A stretch of DNA of 61,892 nt from positions 1-61,892 of IMG/VR virus record IMGVR_UViG_3300036945_000312; one strand, 5' to 3'. The notes beneath the pieces are model-generated. The model was not told the origin of the DNA and searched no databases. It saw only the letters and a list, made by a program, of their open reading frames with translations. This document shows positions 10,639 to 18,703 of this stretch, piece after piece. How positions within the stretch are numbered: the stretch's first letter is position 1; each line of letters begins with the position of its first letter. The stretch is from a virus (Duplodnaviria; Caudoviricetes). Position numbers and translations under genes: made by a program.

Positions 10639-11058
10639 TTAGGCTATCCGAAGTAGTGCGCTAGAAGCGACATTTGTCGGCATTTGAACAGTGAAACTTT
10701 GCACGGCTACAGTCTTATCGGCCCCAAAATCCAGAACCGCTACAGCCTTGTTAGCTTTGGAGCTATTATAAAGTAGCGCCCCACGAGCCGTAAAGGTAGC
10801 CGCAGGCCACACAGCATCATTAAAGTCTACGTAGGCTGTAGCGCCAGATAGCAGAACCGAAGCTCCGGTAAGCGCAATTCCACCTGCTGTGTACCCCGCA
10901 CCAACAACTTCAGCAGTGGTTACATAGACGGTAGTATCTGGACCGATATCAGAGACGCTGGTGTACAGAGCTATCTTAATTACATCCGTGCTTAGGTCAT
11001 GCTGGGCTAAAAACAATTGCTGTTTAAAGCTAGAACACATGGTTTGCTGAATACTCAT
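10639..11058 (-). CDS. Conserved virion structural protein
   Basis: MCSSFKQQL, KIALYT, GYTAGG, ARGALLYN, VAVLDFGADK motifs. Confidence 0.7.
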   Translation of the reverse strand: MSIQQTMCSSFKQQLFLAQHDLSTDVIKIALYTSVSDIGPDTTVYVTTAEVVGAGYTAGGIALTGASVLLSGATAYVDFNDAVWPAATFTARGALLYNSSKANKAVAVLDFGADKTVAVQSFTVQMPTNVASSALLRIA

Positions 11059-11059
11059 A

Positions 11060-11719
11060 TCAACTTACCGCCGTTCTAGGCTGACCATTACGATACGTAT
11101 CTTGCCGCAGTTTACCGTCACCCAAGTTCTTGAGGAGCGTAATCGACTGCACATACATGTCTTGGTACAACTTGACCATATCGGCCTCGCCCTTCATAAA
11201 GCGAATCGCCTCAACAAGCGCCCCATTCAGCAATGCAGAGTCAAAATGCTCCCCCAGCCATGTAGTACCTGTAGTAACAATCGACTCCGGGTAGTAGAAA
11301 TAATTCAACTCTGCGGAGTAAATCTTGTCTGGAGTTGGGCCTAGGATGAACCGCAATGCGAGTTCTGTACCGGTCTGGTTGCCGTAAATGGCATAGTACT
11401 TCGGAGTCCCTGTAGCCGCTACAGTTGGATACGCTTCCCGAATAAAGTTAACATCCTTATCGAGCAGGTAGCTGTAGCTCAACGTAGTCGGGTCTACTAC
11501 CGCAATAGAAAACGCTGCCAAAAAGTCTGCGGGAATGTTCAGAAACTGATCCCCAACAATAGAGGCAATAGCGGTAGTTTTACGGAGTGACGGAAGCTGG
11601 ACAGTGTTGTATATACGCTGCTCAGTCTGCTGCGTAAACATCTTGTACTCCGCAACGGTGTACTCGTTCTGGGTAATGTCCGCGATATTCGCGCACAACT
11701 CCGTATAGGTCATAGCCAT
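11060..11719 (-). CDS. Head-tail connector / tail structural protein
   Basis: 219 aa; AEQRI-like, PADFL, GTPKYYA, GPTPD motifs; neck gene context. Confidence 0.65.
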   Translation of the reverse strand: MAMTYTELCANIADITQNEYTVAEYKMFTQQTEQRIYNTVQLPSLRKTTAIASIVGDQFLNIPADFLAAFSIAVVDPTTLSYSYLLDKDVNFIREAYPTVAATGTPKYYAIYGNQTGTELALRFILGPTPDKIYSAELNYFYYPESIVTTGTTWLGEHFDSALLNGALVEAIRFMKGEADMVKLYQDMYVQSITLLKNLGDGKLRQDTYRNGQPRTAVS

Positions 11720-11720
11720 G

Positions 11721-11918
11721 TTAGGCCATTGGTCCCCGGGCGGTTACGCCCTTTGTGGCTGCGCCGTTACCCCGCGTTTTAATACCTGAGGTCTTAATCC
11801 CAGTCTGCGGATAGCCGCTATTGGTCAAGTCTACGCCCGCAGCCGCGCCCGTATGGGGCTTTGCATATACAGAAGCGGAACCCACTTCTTTACCCATCAT
11901 TTTCTTAGTGAATGCCAT
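11721..11918 (-). CDS. Small basic virion-associated protein
   Basis: 65 aa, AAGGAG RBS, C-terminal RGNGAATKGVTARG. Confidence 0.7.
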   Translation of the reverse strand: MAFTKKMMGKEVGSASVYAKPHTGAAAGVDLTNSGYPQTGIKTSGIKTRGNGAATKGVTARGPMA

Positions 11919-11928
11919 CGTAGGCTCC

Positions 11929-12318
11929 TTATGTAGTCACGATAGTGACTGTACCAACAAATCCTGTCGCCACCAAGCTATTTGGCGTTAGAACAGCATC
12001 AAAACTGCTAGAACCCCCTACAGGGTTCCAGCCCCACTGAAATACGCGACTACCTTCGCCATACGAACCATTTGCTAGTATCCCGGAAGTTACATAGCTC
12101 CGGTCTGGGCGGGGCTCCCGAAGACCTTGTGGGTCCGATACGGGGTACATACCAAGCTGCAATTGCGGCTGATCGGGAGTCCAGCAGGTAGGGCAAACCA
12201 GTAGATTATAGGTCTTGGTCTTTACTACCTCTTTCTTCAGCATCTTGAGCTTGTAGCGAAAACCACAACGGTCGCATTCCGCGATAGCCCGTTTGCCGTT
12301 GGCGAACCTATTTGCCAT
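11929..12318 (-). CDS. Conserved zinc-ribbon protein of the neck region
   Basis: CDRC...CPTC and PQLQLG...DPQGLREPRPD. Confidence 0.75.
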   Translation of the reverse strand: MANRFANGKRAIAECDRCGFRYKLKMLKKEVVKTKTYNLLVCPTCWTPDQPQLQLGMYPVSDPQGLREPRPDRSYVTSGILANGSYGEGSRVFQWGWNPVGGSSSFDAVLTPNSLVATGFVGTVTIVTT

Positions 12319-12320
12319 GA

Positions 12321-13013
12321 TTAGCTAATGAACATCTGGCGTGGGACGAAACGAACCGCTGCCTTTTCCCGGTCCTCATCTGCGGCCAGTTGCCATGCCT
12401 CATCGTATTGAGCTTTCAATGGCTGCATACGATCTATAGCTCCGGGCACCTTCATGGACAGATAATAGGCAAGGCCCGCTACCATGCAGGGGAGGAACCG
12501 GAACGGTACCGCCATCGTATTAACCCCGCCGCCAGCATCTTGGATACGCTTAAGTCGCCAGTACACAAAGGTATAGGTCTGTGCGGCATCAGGAACCGGC
12601 CACATGGTCACCGTAGGGATCGGGGCTTGCCTATCTATGTAAACCTGAATAGGACGTGCCTGAGTCAGTTTATTAGGCAGTGTGGCATAGGTGGACACAC
12701 TAATACGGGTAATCGTCAGGTCAGCCTGCGTAGAGGCATTGCCTGCGCCCGTACGGATAACATGTTCCATCAGGTCTACGGTATTCTCGGGCAGGTTGTA
12801 GGTAGCTGTTCCAGCTACAAGAGGGATCGACCCTTGCTCCACAGTCCAGAGATTAATACCCCGATTAGCCCAATCAGCAAATAGCAGATTAAGACTACGC
12901 CTTGCAGTACGAAGATCGTAACCCGTACGCAACTCTGAGCCACAGCGTTCAAAGGCTTCCTCCACAATATCTGTAAGGTCCAGATTGAAATCTGTAGTGC
13001 CTGAGGTAGTCAT
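12321..13013 (-). CDS. Head-tail adaptor (P22 gp4 / tail tubular A-like)
   Basis: EEAFERCG, ARRSLNLLFADWANRGINLWT, WPVPD, PFRFLPCMVAGLAYY. Confidence 0.75.
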   Translation of the reverse strand: MTTSGTTDFNLDLTDIVEEAFERCGSELRTGYDLRTARRSLNLLFADWANRGINLWTVEQGSIPLVAGTATYNLPENTVDLMEHVIRTGAGNASTQADLTITRISVSTYATLPNKLTQARPIQVYIDRQAPIPTVTMWPVPDAAQTYTFVYWRLKRIQDAGGGVNTMAVPFRFLPCMVAGLAYYLSMKVPGAIDRMQPLKAQYDEAWQLAADEDREKAAVRFVPRQMFIS

Positions 13014-13234
13014 TATTTAGCCGAATCTTTAAAGGCTTTATTAGTGGGAGCGCCGGGGGACCCGGGTTTACGCATTGCGGCCCCGCGTTTTCGCTTGGCG
13101 TTAATGTTGTCCCACAACCCCACAGCGCCGCCCTTGGCAAAGGTCTCAAAGTCGGTATTGTCCCGGCGTTTCGTTCGCTTTGCCTTGGGCATTTTGGTAG
13201 GCGAAATATCGCCCATCCCCCGGCTGGGTCTCAT
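13013..13234 (-). CDS. Small basic protein with FAKGG motif
   Basis: Start moved to ATG 13234 (ATGA overlap); MRPSRGMG...FAKGG.VGLWDNINAKRKR. Confidence 0.7.
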   Translation of the reverse strand: MRPSRGMGDISPTKMPKAKRTKRRDNTDFETFAKGGAVGLWDNINAKRKRGAAMRKPGSPGAPTNKAFKDSAK

Positions 13235-13467
13235 ATAAATTTGCCGCGAGTCTTGCCCTTGGTGGCACAACCATCAGCCCGCCTAGAGGCGCTAACAGAC
13301 CCGCCTTTAGCAAAACGTTTAGGAGCCATAGGAGGCATGGGGGCTGAAGCTGGCCGCATTGGACGCGCAGGAGCCGCCTCTGTGGTTGTCATTGCATCGT
13401 TATAAGCAGCTTCAAGAGCAGCTTTTTTACGAATGTCATCAACTTCTTGTTTAGATGGGCGTGCCAT
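13231..13467 (-). CDS. Small basic protein with FAKGG and RADGCATKGKTRG motifs
   Basis: TAATG coupling to the upstream gene. Confidence 0.7.
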   Translation of the reverse strand: MARPSKQEVDDIRKKAALEAAYNDAMTTTEAAPARPMRPASAPMPPMAPKRFAKGGSVSASRRADGCATKGKTRGKFI

Positions 13468-13820
13468 TAGCATTTACCTCCGTTAGCCATTTTAATCATG
13501 GTGCCTTTGGTTTTACCCTTGGACTCCACTCCACCGCCACGAGCCATCTTCGTAACGGCTCCACCCTCTTTCAGCCCTGCGTGGGCTTTGGATGCGGGTT
13601 TACTGGCGTGTTTTGCCAGCTCACTTTTATCCCCGAACAAGCCCTTAGGCATCGGTTTTTTTGTAGCCATAGTCTCACCACCTTTTGCAAATTTGCGACC
13701 CGTATCGGCCTTAATGAAATCAGCCCCTACGGACTGAGGGACGCCAGCTTTCTTTGCGAAAGCCGGATTCTTGGCGATTGCCGCCATGAAATTGTGTTGT
13801 TTTAAAGTTGAAGAAGGCAC
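13467..13820 (-). CDS. Small basic protein with four xxxGG motifs
   Basis: GTG start at 13820 after GGAGAG; KQHNFMAAIAKNPAFAKK; possible internal start at 13670. Confidence 0.7.
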   Translation of the reverse strand: MPSSTLKQHNFMAAIAKNPAFAKKAGVPQSVGADFIKADTGRKFAKGGETMATKKPMPKGLFGDKSELAKHASKPASKAHAGLKEGGAVTKMARGGGVESKGKTKGTMIKMANGGKC

Positions 13821-14005
13821 TATTCTCTCCCGGTCCACCGCTTTACAGTGTCCGTTTCCCAGATTCTAATTCCGGTCCAGATAATAGTAAATGCCGCAGC
13901 AACAGACGGAAGCATATCAGCCAATGTTCCTAATACGGTAGCTATGGATATTGCGTCCACAACGTGTTTTGCGGCATCGTCCATATGGATAAACGGGTCT
14001 TTCAT
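13820..14005 (-). CDS. Small membrane protein
   Basis: 61 aa with hydrophobic core and IWTGIRIWETDTV. Confidence 0.7.
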   Translation of the reverse strand: MKDPFIHMDDAAKHVVDAISIATVLGTLADMLPSVAAAFTIIWTGIRIWETDTVKRWTGRE

Positions 14006-14006
14006 G

Positions 14007-14258
14007 TCAGCATTTCCACCGAGCTAGTGAAGCAGCTTTACGAGTAGGCTTGCCTTTTTCATCTTTCATGGGCCCGGGCATACCGCTCATTCTTGCACAA
14101 AAAGAATCTTTTCGGGCTCCGCCTTGCGGCTGGGGAGCCTTCAGATTGCTACCAGTAGCTGCGTTGTACTTGGCGCGGCCCTTAGCGGTTAAACCGGCAC
14201 CTTTAGATACCGGGAGTTTTTCCCCGCGCCCGACTGCCAATGATGGATTTTTAGCCAT
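14007..14258 (-). CDS. Conserved small basic phage protein
   Basis: GLTAKGRAKYN..GSNLKAP..RKDSFCARM..LARWKC. Confidence 0.75.
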   Translation of the reverse strand: MAKNPSLAVGRGEKLPVSKGAGLTAKGRAKYNAATGSNLKAPQPQGGARKDSFCARMSGMPGPMKDEKGKPTRKAASLARWKC

Positions 14259-14281
14259 AGTTAGATTCTACGTGTATACCG

Positions 14282-15250
14282 TTAATCGTCAAAGACATAT
14301 ATTGTTTTCCGACCGCTAGCAGCATATGTACCTGTGTACATTCCACTTGGACCATAGACAACACCTATTCGCACATCTGCAGGGTCTGGGTATAGTGGCG
14401 CGTGTTCTGCAGTCCCTACAATAATAGCCCCGTTACCCGTAAGAGACCCTGAAGTGTAGTGCCTTGTTACTCGGTCTGCAACACCCGCAAGTATCGCGCC
14501 TTGCCCTACCAAAACCCCAGTAGAGGAAATAAATTTATCTCTGCGGGCGGCTCCCGTTAGTGTCGTACCGGGACCTACCAATACTCCGGAGGCTACGTGC
14601 GGTATTACGAGGGCTTCTCTATCCGCATCCCCAACAACTGTAGCCCCTTGGCCTGTAAGAACCCCGCTACTGCCAAATGCCCTAAAGTTAGTCGCCGCCC
14701 CAACAACAGCGGAACCGGGCCCAACTAAAGACCCGGAGGAAGTAAAAGTTCTAAACCGCCTAGCAGACCCAACAACCGTAGTGCCATTACCAACCAGTAC
14801 TCCAGTGGCCGTGTGGGCTACCGCGCCTGCCTGCCTATCCGCCGCGCCCACAAGGGCTGATCCGGGGCCGACTAACGCTCCTGTAGCTCCAAAGGTGCGG
14901 GACTGATTAGCCGCTCCGCTAACTAACGAGCCGGGGCCAACTAAAGCGCCTACCGTTGTGTGCGGAATTATTGCGGCTTCACGGTCTGCAGCGCCAGTTA
15001 GTACGGCTCCGGGACCTACTAAAACTCCAGTAGTCAGATGGTCCGCGTTGTACCTAGCTGCGCCGACAATAACGGCTCCGGGCCCAACTAGCGCACCAGA
15101 AGTGCCAAACGTCCTAAACTGTGCTGCGGCTCCTACAATAGAAGAGCCCGATCCCGCTAACGTTCCGGTTGTCGCATGAGTTACCGGCCCCGCCCCGCCA
15201 ACTTCAAAGGCGTCGTTTTGAAACGCATCACTTTGAAACGCAGCGGCCAT
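14282..15250 (-). CDS. Repeat-rich virion fibre/decoration protein
   Basis: About 11 repeats of ~24 aa (G-x-L-V-G-P-G-[SA]-x-x-x-G-A-A); N-terminal AFQSDAFQNDAF; C-terminal PADVRIGVVYG. Confidence 0.7.
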   Translation of the reverse strand: MAAAFQSDAFQNDAFEVGGAGPVTHATTGTLAGSGSSIVGAAAQFRTFGTSGALVGPGAVIVGAARYNADHLTTGVLVGPGAVLTGAADREAAIIPHTTVGALVGPGSLVSGAANQSRTFGATGALVGPGSALVGAADRQAGAVAHTATGVLVGNGTTVVGSARRFRTFTSSGSLVGPGSAVVGAATNFRAFGSSGVLTGQGATVVGDADREALVIPHVASGVLVGPGTTLTGAARRDKFISSTGVLVGQGAILAGVADRVTRHYTSGSLTGNGAIIVGTAEHAPLYPDPADVRIGVVYGPSGMYTGTYAASGRKTIYVFDD

Positions 15251-15254
15251 GCGG

Positions 15255-15401
15255 CTACTCCACTAGCGTAGGTTGATTGCCCGCATAAATCCAGTCAATG
15301 TACGCAATAAAGTCAGGGTCGTCAGCGGATTGGCAAGGCGCTACAACCTTGCCGTCACTTAGCCGAACGGCTTCCCCAGTAGACATGCTAAGTGAGTACA
15401 T
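15255..15401 (-). CDS. Small fibre-associated protein (48 aa, below ORF-track cutoff)
   Basis: MYSLSMSTGEAVRLSDGKVVAPCQSADDPDFIAYIDWIYAGNQPTLVE; TGATG coupling. Confidence 0.7.
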   Translation of the reverse strand: MYSLSMSTGEAVRLSDGKVVAPCQSADDPDFIAYIDWIYAGNQPTLVE

Positions 15402-16369
15402 CAATAGTCCGTTTCCGTGTATATATTGATGATATCCATACCTACTGCTAGCGCCGTAGCATTATTAGTACGATACATAAAAGTGTTCAGCATCGTAGTA
15501 TTAGCTGGCGTTTGAACACCGGGCGTAGTTGGCGTTATCGTACCTGCAGTAGACGCCCCACCTATACGTTCCAGTTGCCAGTTAATAACACCGTTGGAGT
15601 TTGGGGGGCACCAGATCATAAAGTCATAGGGAATGCCGTTGGCAATACCCGCAGTGGCTTGAATGCAGGGGAACCCTGTACCTAGGGGGATTGCAGTTTG
15701 AGCCGCGCTTCCGCCGTAAAACAAATATAGCTGCGTGTTATCTGTGGAAAGCTGCCCTACCCCAAAACAATTAAGCAATGTACTAGGCTCTACGTTAGTC
15801 GGGGCAGCGGTAGTAGACGACACCCCCAGAAACATTCGAGCCCCCGATACCACGGCAGCATCGGTTACTGCGAATCGAATAGACTGGAAAAACCCGCCAA
15901 GCCCGGAACCATTGCCGGTAGAAAACTGTGCCGCCGCATTACGGATCGAGAACAAAGCGCCCGCAGTGGCCGCTGTAGACGTGTACCCCAGTCGCCGCAT
16001 TCGGGTAAACAAGGATGTACTTGCCAAAGTCCGAACTGCTAGCGTACCGACAACCGTAAACGACGCTCCAAATACACCAGATACCGCAGCGGTAGATGGG
16101 TTAAACATACCCACTTTCTGCCGCCATTGTGCGGGTTGCAAGGTATAGTCCATACCGCTCGGGCCAATAGCCGCAGGCATGACCCGGGTATTGCCTAGCG
16201 TTCTGCCAAATAAACTAAAGTTACCCGCAGGGGGTGTTGCGGGGGCTGCAACAGCGGGAAAGGTAACCTCGCTATCTATAGTATGGTCTGCATTCCAGTT
16301 GCTAGGCCGCACAAGAGTGGCATCTGCTCCGTCAGCCTGTGCCGAAGCGAATGCGTGTTTAACGCCCAT
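15401..16369 (-). CDS. Fibre/spike-like structural protein
   Basis: 322 aa; VRPSNWNADH N-terminal motif and beta-sandwich-like C-terminus. Confidence 0.6.
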   Translation of the reverse strand: MGVKHAFASAQADGADATLVRPSNWNADHTIDSEVTFPAVAAPATPPAGNFSLFGRTLGNTRVMPAAIGPSGMDYTLQPAQWRQKVGMFNPSTAAVSGVFGASFTVVGTLAVRTLASTSLFTRMRRLGYTSTAATAGALFSIRNAAAQFSTGNGSGLGGFFQSIRFAVTDAAVVSGARMFLGVSSTTAAPTNVEPSTLLNCFGVGQLSTDNTQLYLFYGGSAAQTAIPLGTGFPCIQATAGIANGIPYDFMIWCPPNSNGVINWQLERIGGASTAGTITPTTPGVQTPANTTMLNTFMYRTNNATALAVGMDIINIYTETDY

Positions 16370-16759
16370 TTACGCGCTCAGTGCGGTATAGGTTAGGGAC
16401 GAGCAGGAAACCGTGTCGCCTGCAGCTACTGTAAGCCCGTTAGTCATGTTGATATCTGACCCGGAGGCCGCAACAGCACAGTGGATAACCACGGTAGCTG
16501 CGGATGTTTGCAGCGTTGCTGTGGCTACTGGGCTTGCATTACCTGTGGCGTTGGTATCTGCAGTAATCGCATTAGCCGTAGCGGTGCCGGTACTTGAGGC
16601 TGCAAAAGCCGTGGTACTAAGCGATAGCAGAGCAACAACAGTGCCCGGGGCGCTGACGGTTCCAGAAAGCCGAAAGGCCAACTTCCCCGAAGTACTGATT
16701 AGCGCAGTTACTGCGTCTGTTGCAGCGTTACGTGCCGCTGTCGAGTGGGTCACTGCCAT
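16370..16759 (-). CDS. Ala/Thr-rich structural protein
   Basis: 129 aa, AAGGAG RBS. Confidence 0.7.
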   Translation of the reverse strand: MAVTHSTAARNAATDAVTALISTSGKLAFRLSGTVSAPGTVVALLSLSTTAFAASSTGTATANAITADTNATGNASPVATATLQTSAATVVIHCAVAASGSDINMTNGLTVAAGDTVSCSSLTYTALSA

Positions 16760-16889
16760 TCTGAAGCTCCTTTAGTTTGTCTTCATCGAGGTACCCAACA
16801 AGCTGGTACTCTTCGACTATTCCAGTATCTTTACGGGTAATCTGAACTGTAAACGCTAGTTCGCCTACTTGGCCTTGCAGGGTAGTCAT
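16728..16889 (-). CDS. Hypothetical protein (53 aa, below cutoff)
   Basis: MTTLQGQVGELAFTVQITRKDTGIVEEYQLVGYLDEDKLKELQNGSDPLDSGT; GGAGG RBS, fills the gap. Confidence 0.65.
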   Translation of the reverse strand: MTTLQGQVGELAFTVQITRKDTGIVEEYQLVGYLDEDKLKELQNGSDPLDSGT

Positions 16890-17222
16890 TTACACTTCCT
16901 CCAACAAAACAGTTACGGCGACACTACCCGCTTCGCTAAGGGTAATAGACAGTTCTCCATCTACCGGACCCGTAGTTAGCTGGCGCTTGCTCAAGGCATA
17001 TACCCGGTATTTTTCTTCGGCCCCCAAGAAAACTTGGATTAGCGGGGAAGCAGTCAAAGCAGGATCATTGATTGCATATATCCACCTAAGCTGAAGCCGC
17101 TTATTGGCTACCGGAGTATAGATAACCGTCGATCCTGCATCCGTAACAGTGGCGACTACGTGCGTGTAGTTTTGCTCACCACTGTCCAGTCCTTCAACAT
17201 AGCTTACACCGCTAATAGCCAT
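16890..17222 (-). CDS. Hypothetical structural protein
   Basis: 110 aa, tightly packed in the late operon. Confidence 0.65.
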   Translation of the reverse strand: MAISGVSYVEGLDSGEQNYTHVVATVTDAGSTVIYTPVANKRLQLRWIYAINDPALTASPLIQVFLGAEEKYRVYALSKRQLTTGPVDGELSITLSEAGSVAVTVLLEEV

Positions 17223-17225
17223 CTG

Positions 17226-17744
17226 TTACCCCAACTTAGCACGAAGCGCATCGAGGGCTTTTTCGGCCACAGCTTTGCGTCGTTCCAAGTCTTTGATCTC
17301 TGCTTCCATATTGGCAACTGCTACTGCGTGTGCGGTAGTAGCCGCCGCAAGGCGCTCATTGATCTGGGCATCAACAGTATCCAAGGTAGCCGTTTGAGCG
17401 GCAATTTTCTTGTCTATCGCAGCCAAGGTCGTTTGAGCTTTCGTCGCGGCTTCAGCAGCAGCTTTAGCCGCCTGTTGCCGTGCTGTGTCGATTCCCGCAA
17501 GAACTTCAGCTTTCTGGCTATTGGTAGCTACAAGCTGCTCATTTAGCGCGGTAAGCCGGACATTAGCCTCAGTGAACGCGGCTTCAATCTCGGTATCTGC
17601 TTTCTTAAGCTCCGAAGATTTTGCTTTGAGCGCCCGGTCTAAGTCCGCTTGCTGCTCCGCCATGTTTATAACAGCGGGGATAGCTTCAATAACAGCGGAC
17701 CATGTGGTCTGGAAAGCGCGTAGTGCGCCAATATCAATTGCCAT
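17226..17744 (-). CDS. Coiled-coil protein
   Basis: 172 aa, Ala/Glu/Lys heptad pattern, GGAGG RBS. Confidence 0.7.
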   Translation of the reverse strand: MAIDIGALRAFQTTWSAVIEAIPAVINMAEQQADLDRALKAKSSELKKADTEIEAAFTEANVRLTALNEQLVATNSQKAEVLAGIDTARQQAAKAAAEAATKAQTTLAAIDKKIAAQTATLDTVDAQINERLAAATTAHAVAVANMEAEIKDLERRKAVAEKALDALRAKLG

Positions 17745-17746
17745 AT

Positions 17747-18082
17747 TTACCTCCCGGGCATACCAGCTTGGATAACGGTAATCGTAGCAGTCCCGCTAGC
17801 GTACACGCCCACATTTAAGCGAGTGGCTACAACGGGAAACGAGAAGTTACCATCTGAAGATGCGGTTTTTGTAACTAATGTAGCGTGTGGAAACCACGTT
17901 GCAGTAGATGGGTCAAAGTTAGGGGCCCATATATCGTCAAAAGTATATTGAACGGTATACGTAAGGGACGCCCCAGCAGATAGCACTACTGCAAGACTCG
18001 CATTAAAGGGGTCTTGGTACGTGTCCATTGGGATAGGAGCCGACACATTCAGCCCTCCTACCGTAAGTCTAATTGGACGCAT
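17747..18082 (-). CDS. Conserved virion protein
   Basis: YTVQYTFDD..TWFPH..FPVVATRL. Confidence 0.7.
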   Translation of the reverse strand: MRPIRLTVGGLNVSAPIPMDTYQDPFNASLAVVLSAGASLTYTVQYTFDDIWAPNFDPSTATWFPHATLVTKTASSDGNFSFPVVATRLNVGVYASGTATITVIQAGMPGR

Positions 18083-18094
18083 ATTAGCCTCCTA

Positions 18095-18523
18095 TTAAGC
18101 GGAAGCTGGAACGCTAGAACCGTCCGAATTACGCACCACATACGTAACAGCCAGCGTACCAGCCGAAGCGGCGGTAGCCGTGTAACTAAGCACGGAATCA
18201 ACCGGGCCGATATTCAGCATGGTGCTAATATTACCCGCTGTAACCGCCAATCCATTAAGACCCGCCGCAGTAGACAAGGTGCCGATAATAACGCCGCCAA
18301 CGGTCACGTTAGGAGTGCCAACGGCCCCAGTTGACATATACGAGTAGACCGAATGGATCAGTGCGCCCGCAGGGAGCATCAGCGTAACAGCAACGCTAGG
18401 AACAAGGGGAACGGACTGGGTAACTGTAGTCGCGCCAGTATTGCGTACTGTACCGGGCGTAGTGCCCGTAGTGTCTTTTACGGTACCGAGTAGCCAAGGG
18501 CCAAGGTGTGTTGCAAATCCCAT
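18095..18523 (-). CDS. Capsid-associated (decoration-like) protein
   Basis: Start moved to ATG 18523 after AAGGAG; MGFATHLGPWLLGTVK. Confidence 0.7.
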   Translation of the reverse strand: MGFATHLGPWLLGTVKDTTGTTPGTVRNTGATTVTQSVPLVPSVAVTLMLPAGALIHSVYSYMSTGAVGTPNVTVGGVIIGTLSTAAGLNGLAVTAGNISTMLNIGPVDSVLSYTATAASAGTLAVTYVVRNSDGSSVPASA

Positions 18524-18529
18524 TTGAGA

Positions 18530-18606
18530 CTCCTTCATGCGTTTAAGATACATCAATCTTGCATGTCAGTCAGCCGGGACTGTTTGATGTACCGGATTCC
18601 CGGAAT
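18530..18606 (-). ncRNA. Structured, potentially pseudoknotted leader RNA downstream of the capsid gene (candidate Mu-gpT-DE-like element)
   Basis: CCGGGA/UCCCGG stem whose loop GUACAUCAA can pair with downstream UUGAUGUAU; CAUGC/GCAUG stem abutting the RBS. Confidence 0.5.
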
Positions 18607-18612
18607 ACTTGC

Positions 18613-18641
18613 AATATATCACGTTGGTTCTATTCGCGCAA
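18613..18641 (-). promoter_or_regulatory. Sigma70-type promoter just after the capsid terminator
   Basis: TTGCGC-17 bp-TATATT with TG extended -10. Confidence 0.55.
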
Positions 18642-18642
18642 T

Positions 18643-18666
18643 AAAAAAGGCCCCCGAAGGAGCCTT
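18643..18666 (-). terminator. Intrinsic terminator after the major capsid gene
   Basis: AAGGCTCC-TTCG-GGGGCCTT followed by a T run. Confidence 0.85.
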
Positions 18667-18703
18667 TAAGTAAGCGGCGGGGAACCCCCCACCCTAACTC
18701 ACT

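Noticed and set aside
18535-18600. Hammerhead ribozyme (CUGACUGA followed by a stem)
   Set aside because: Core is not CUGANGA and the required GAAA after stem II is absent
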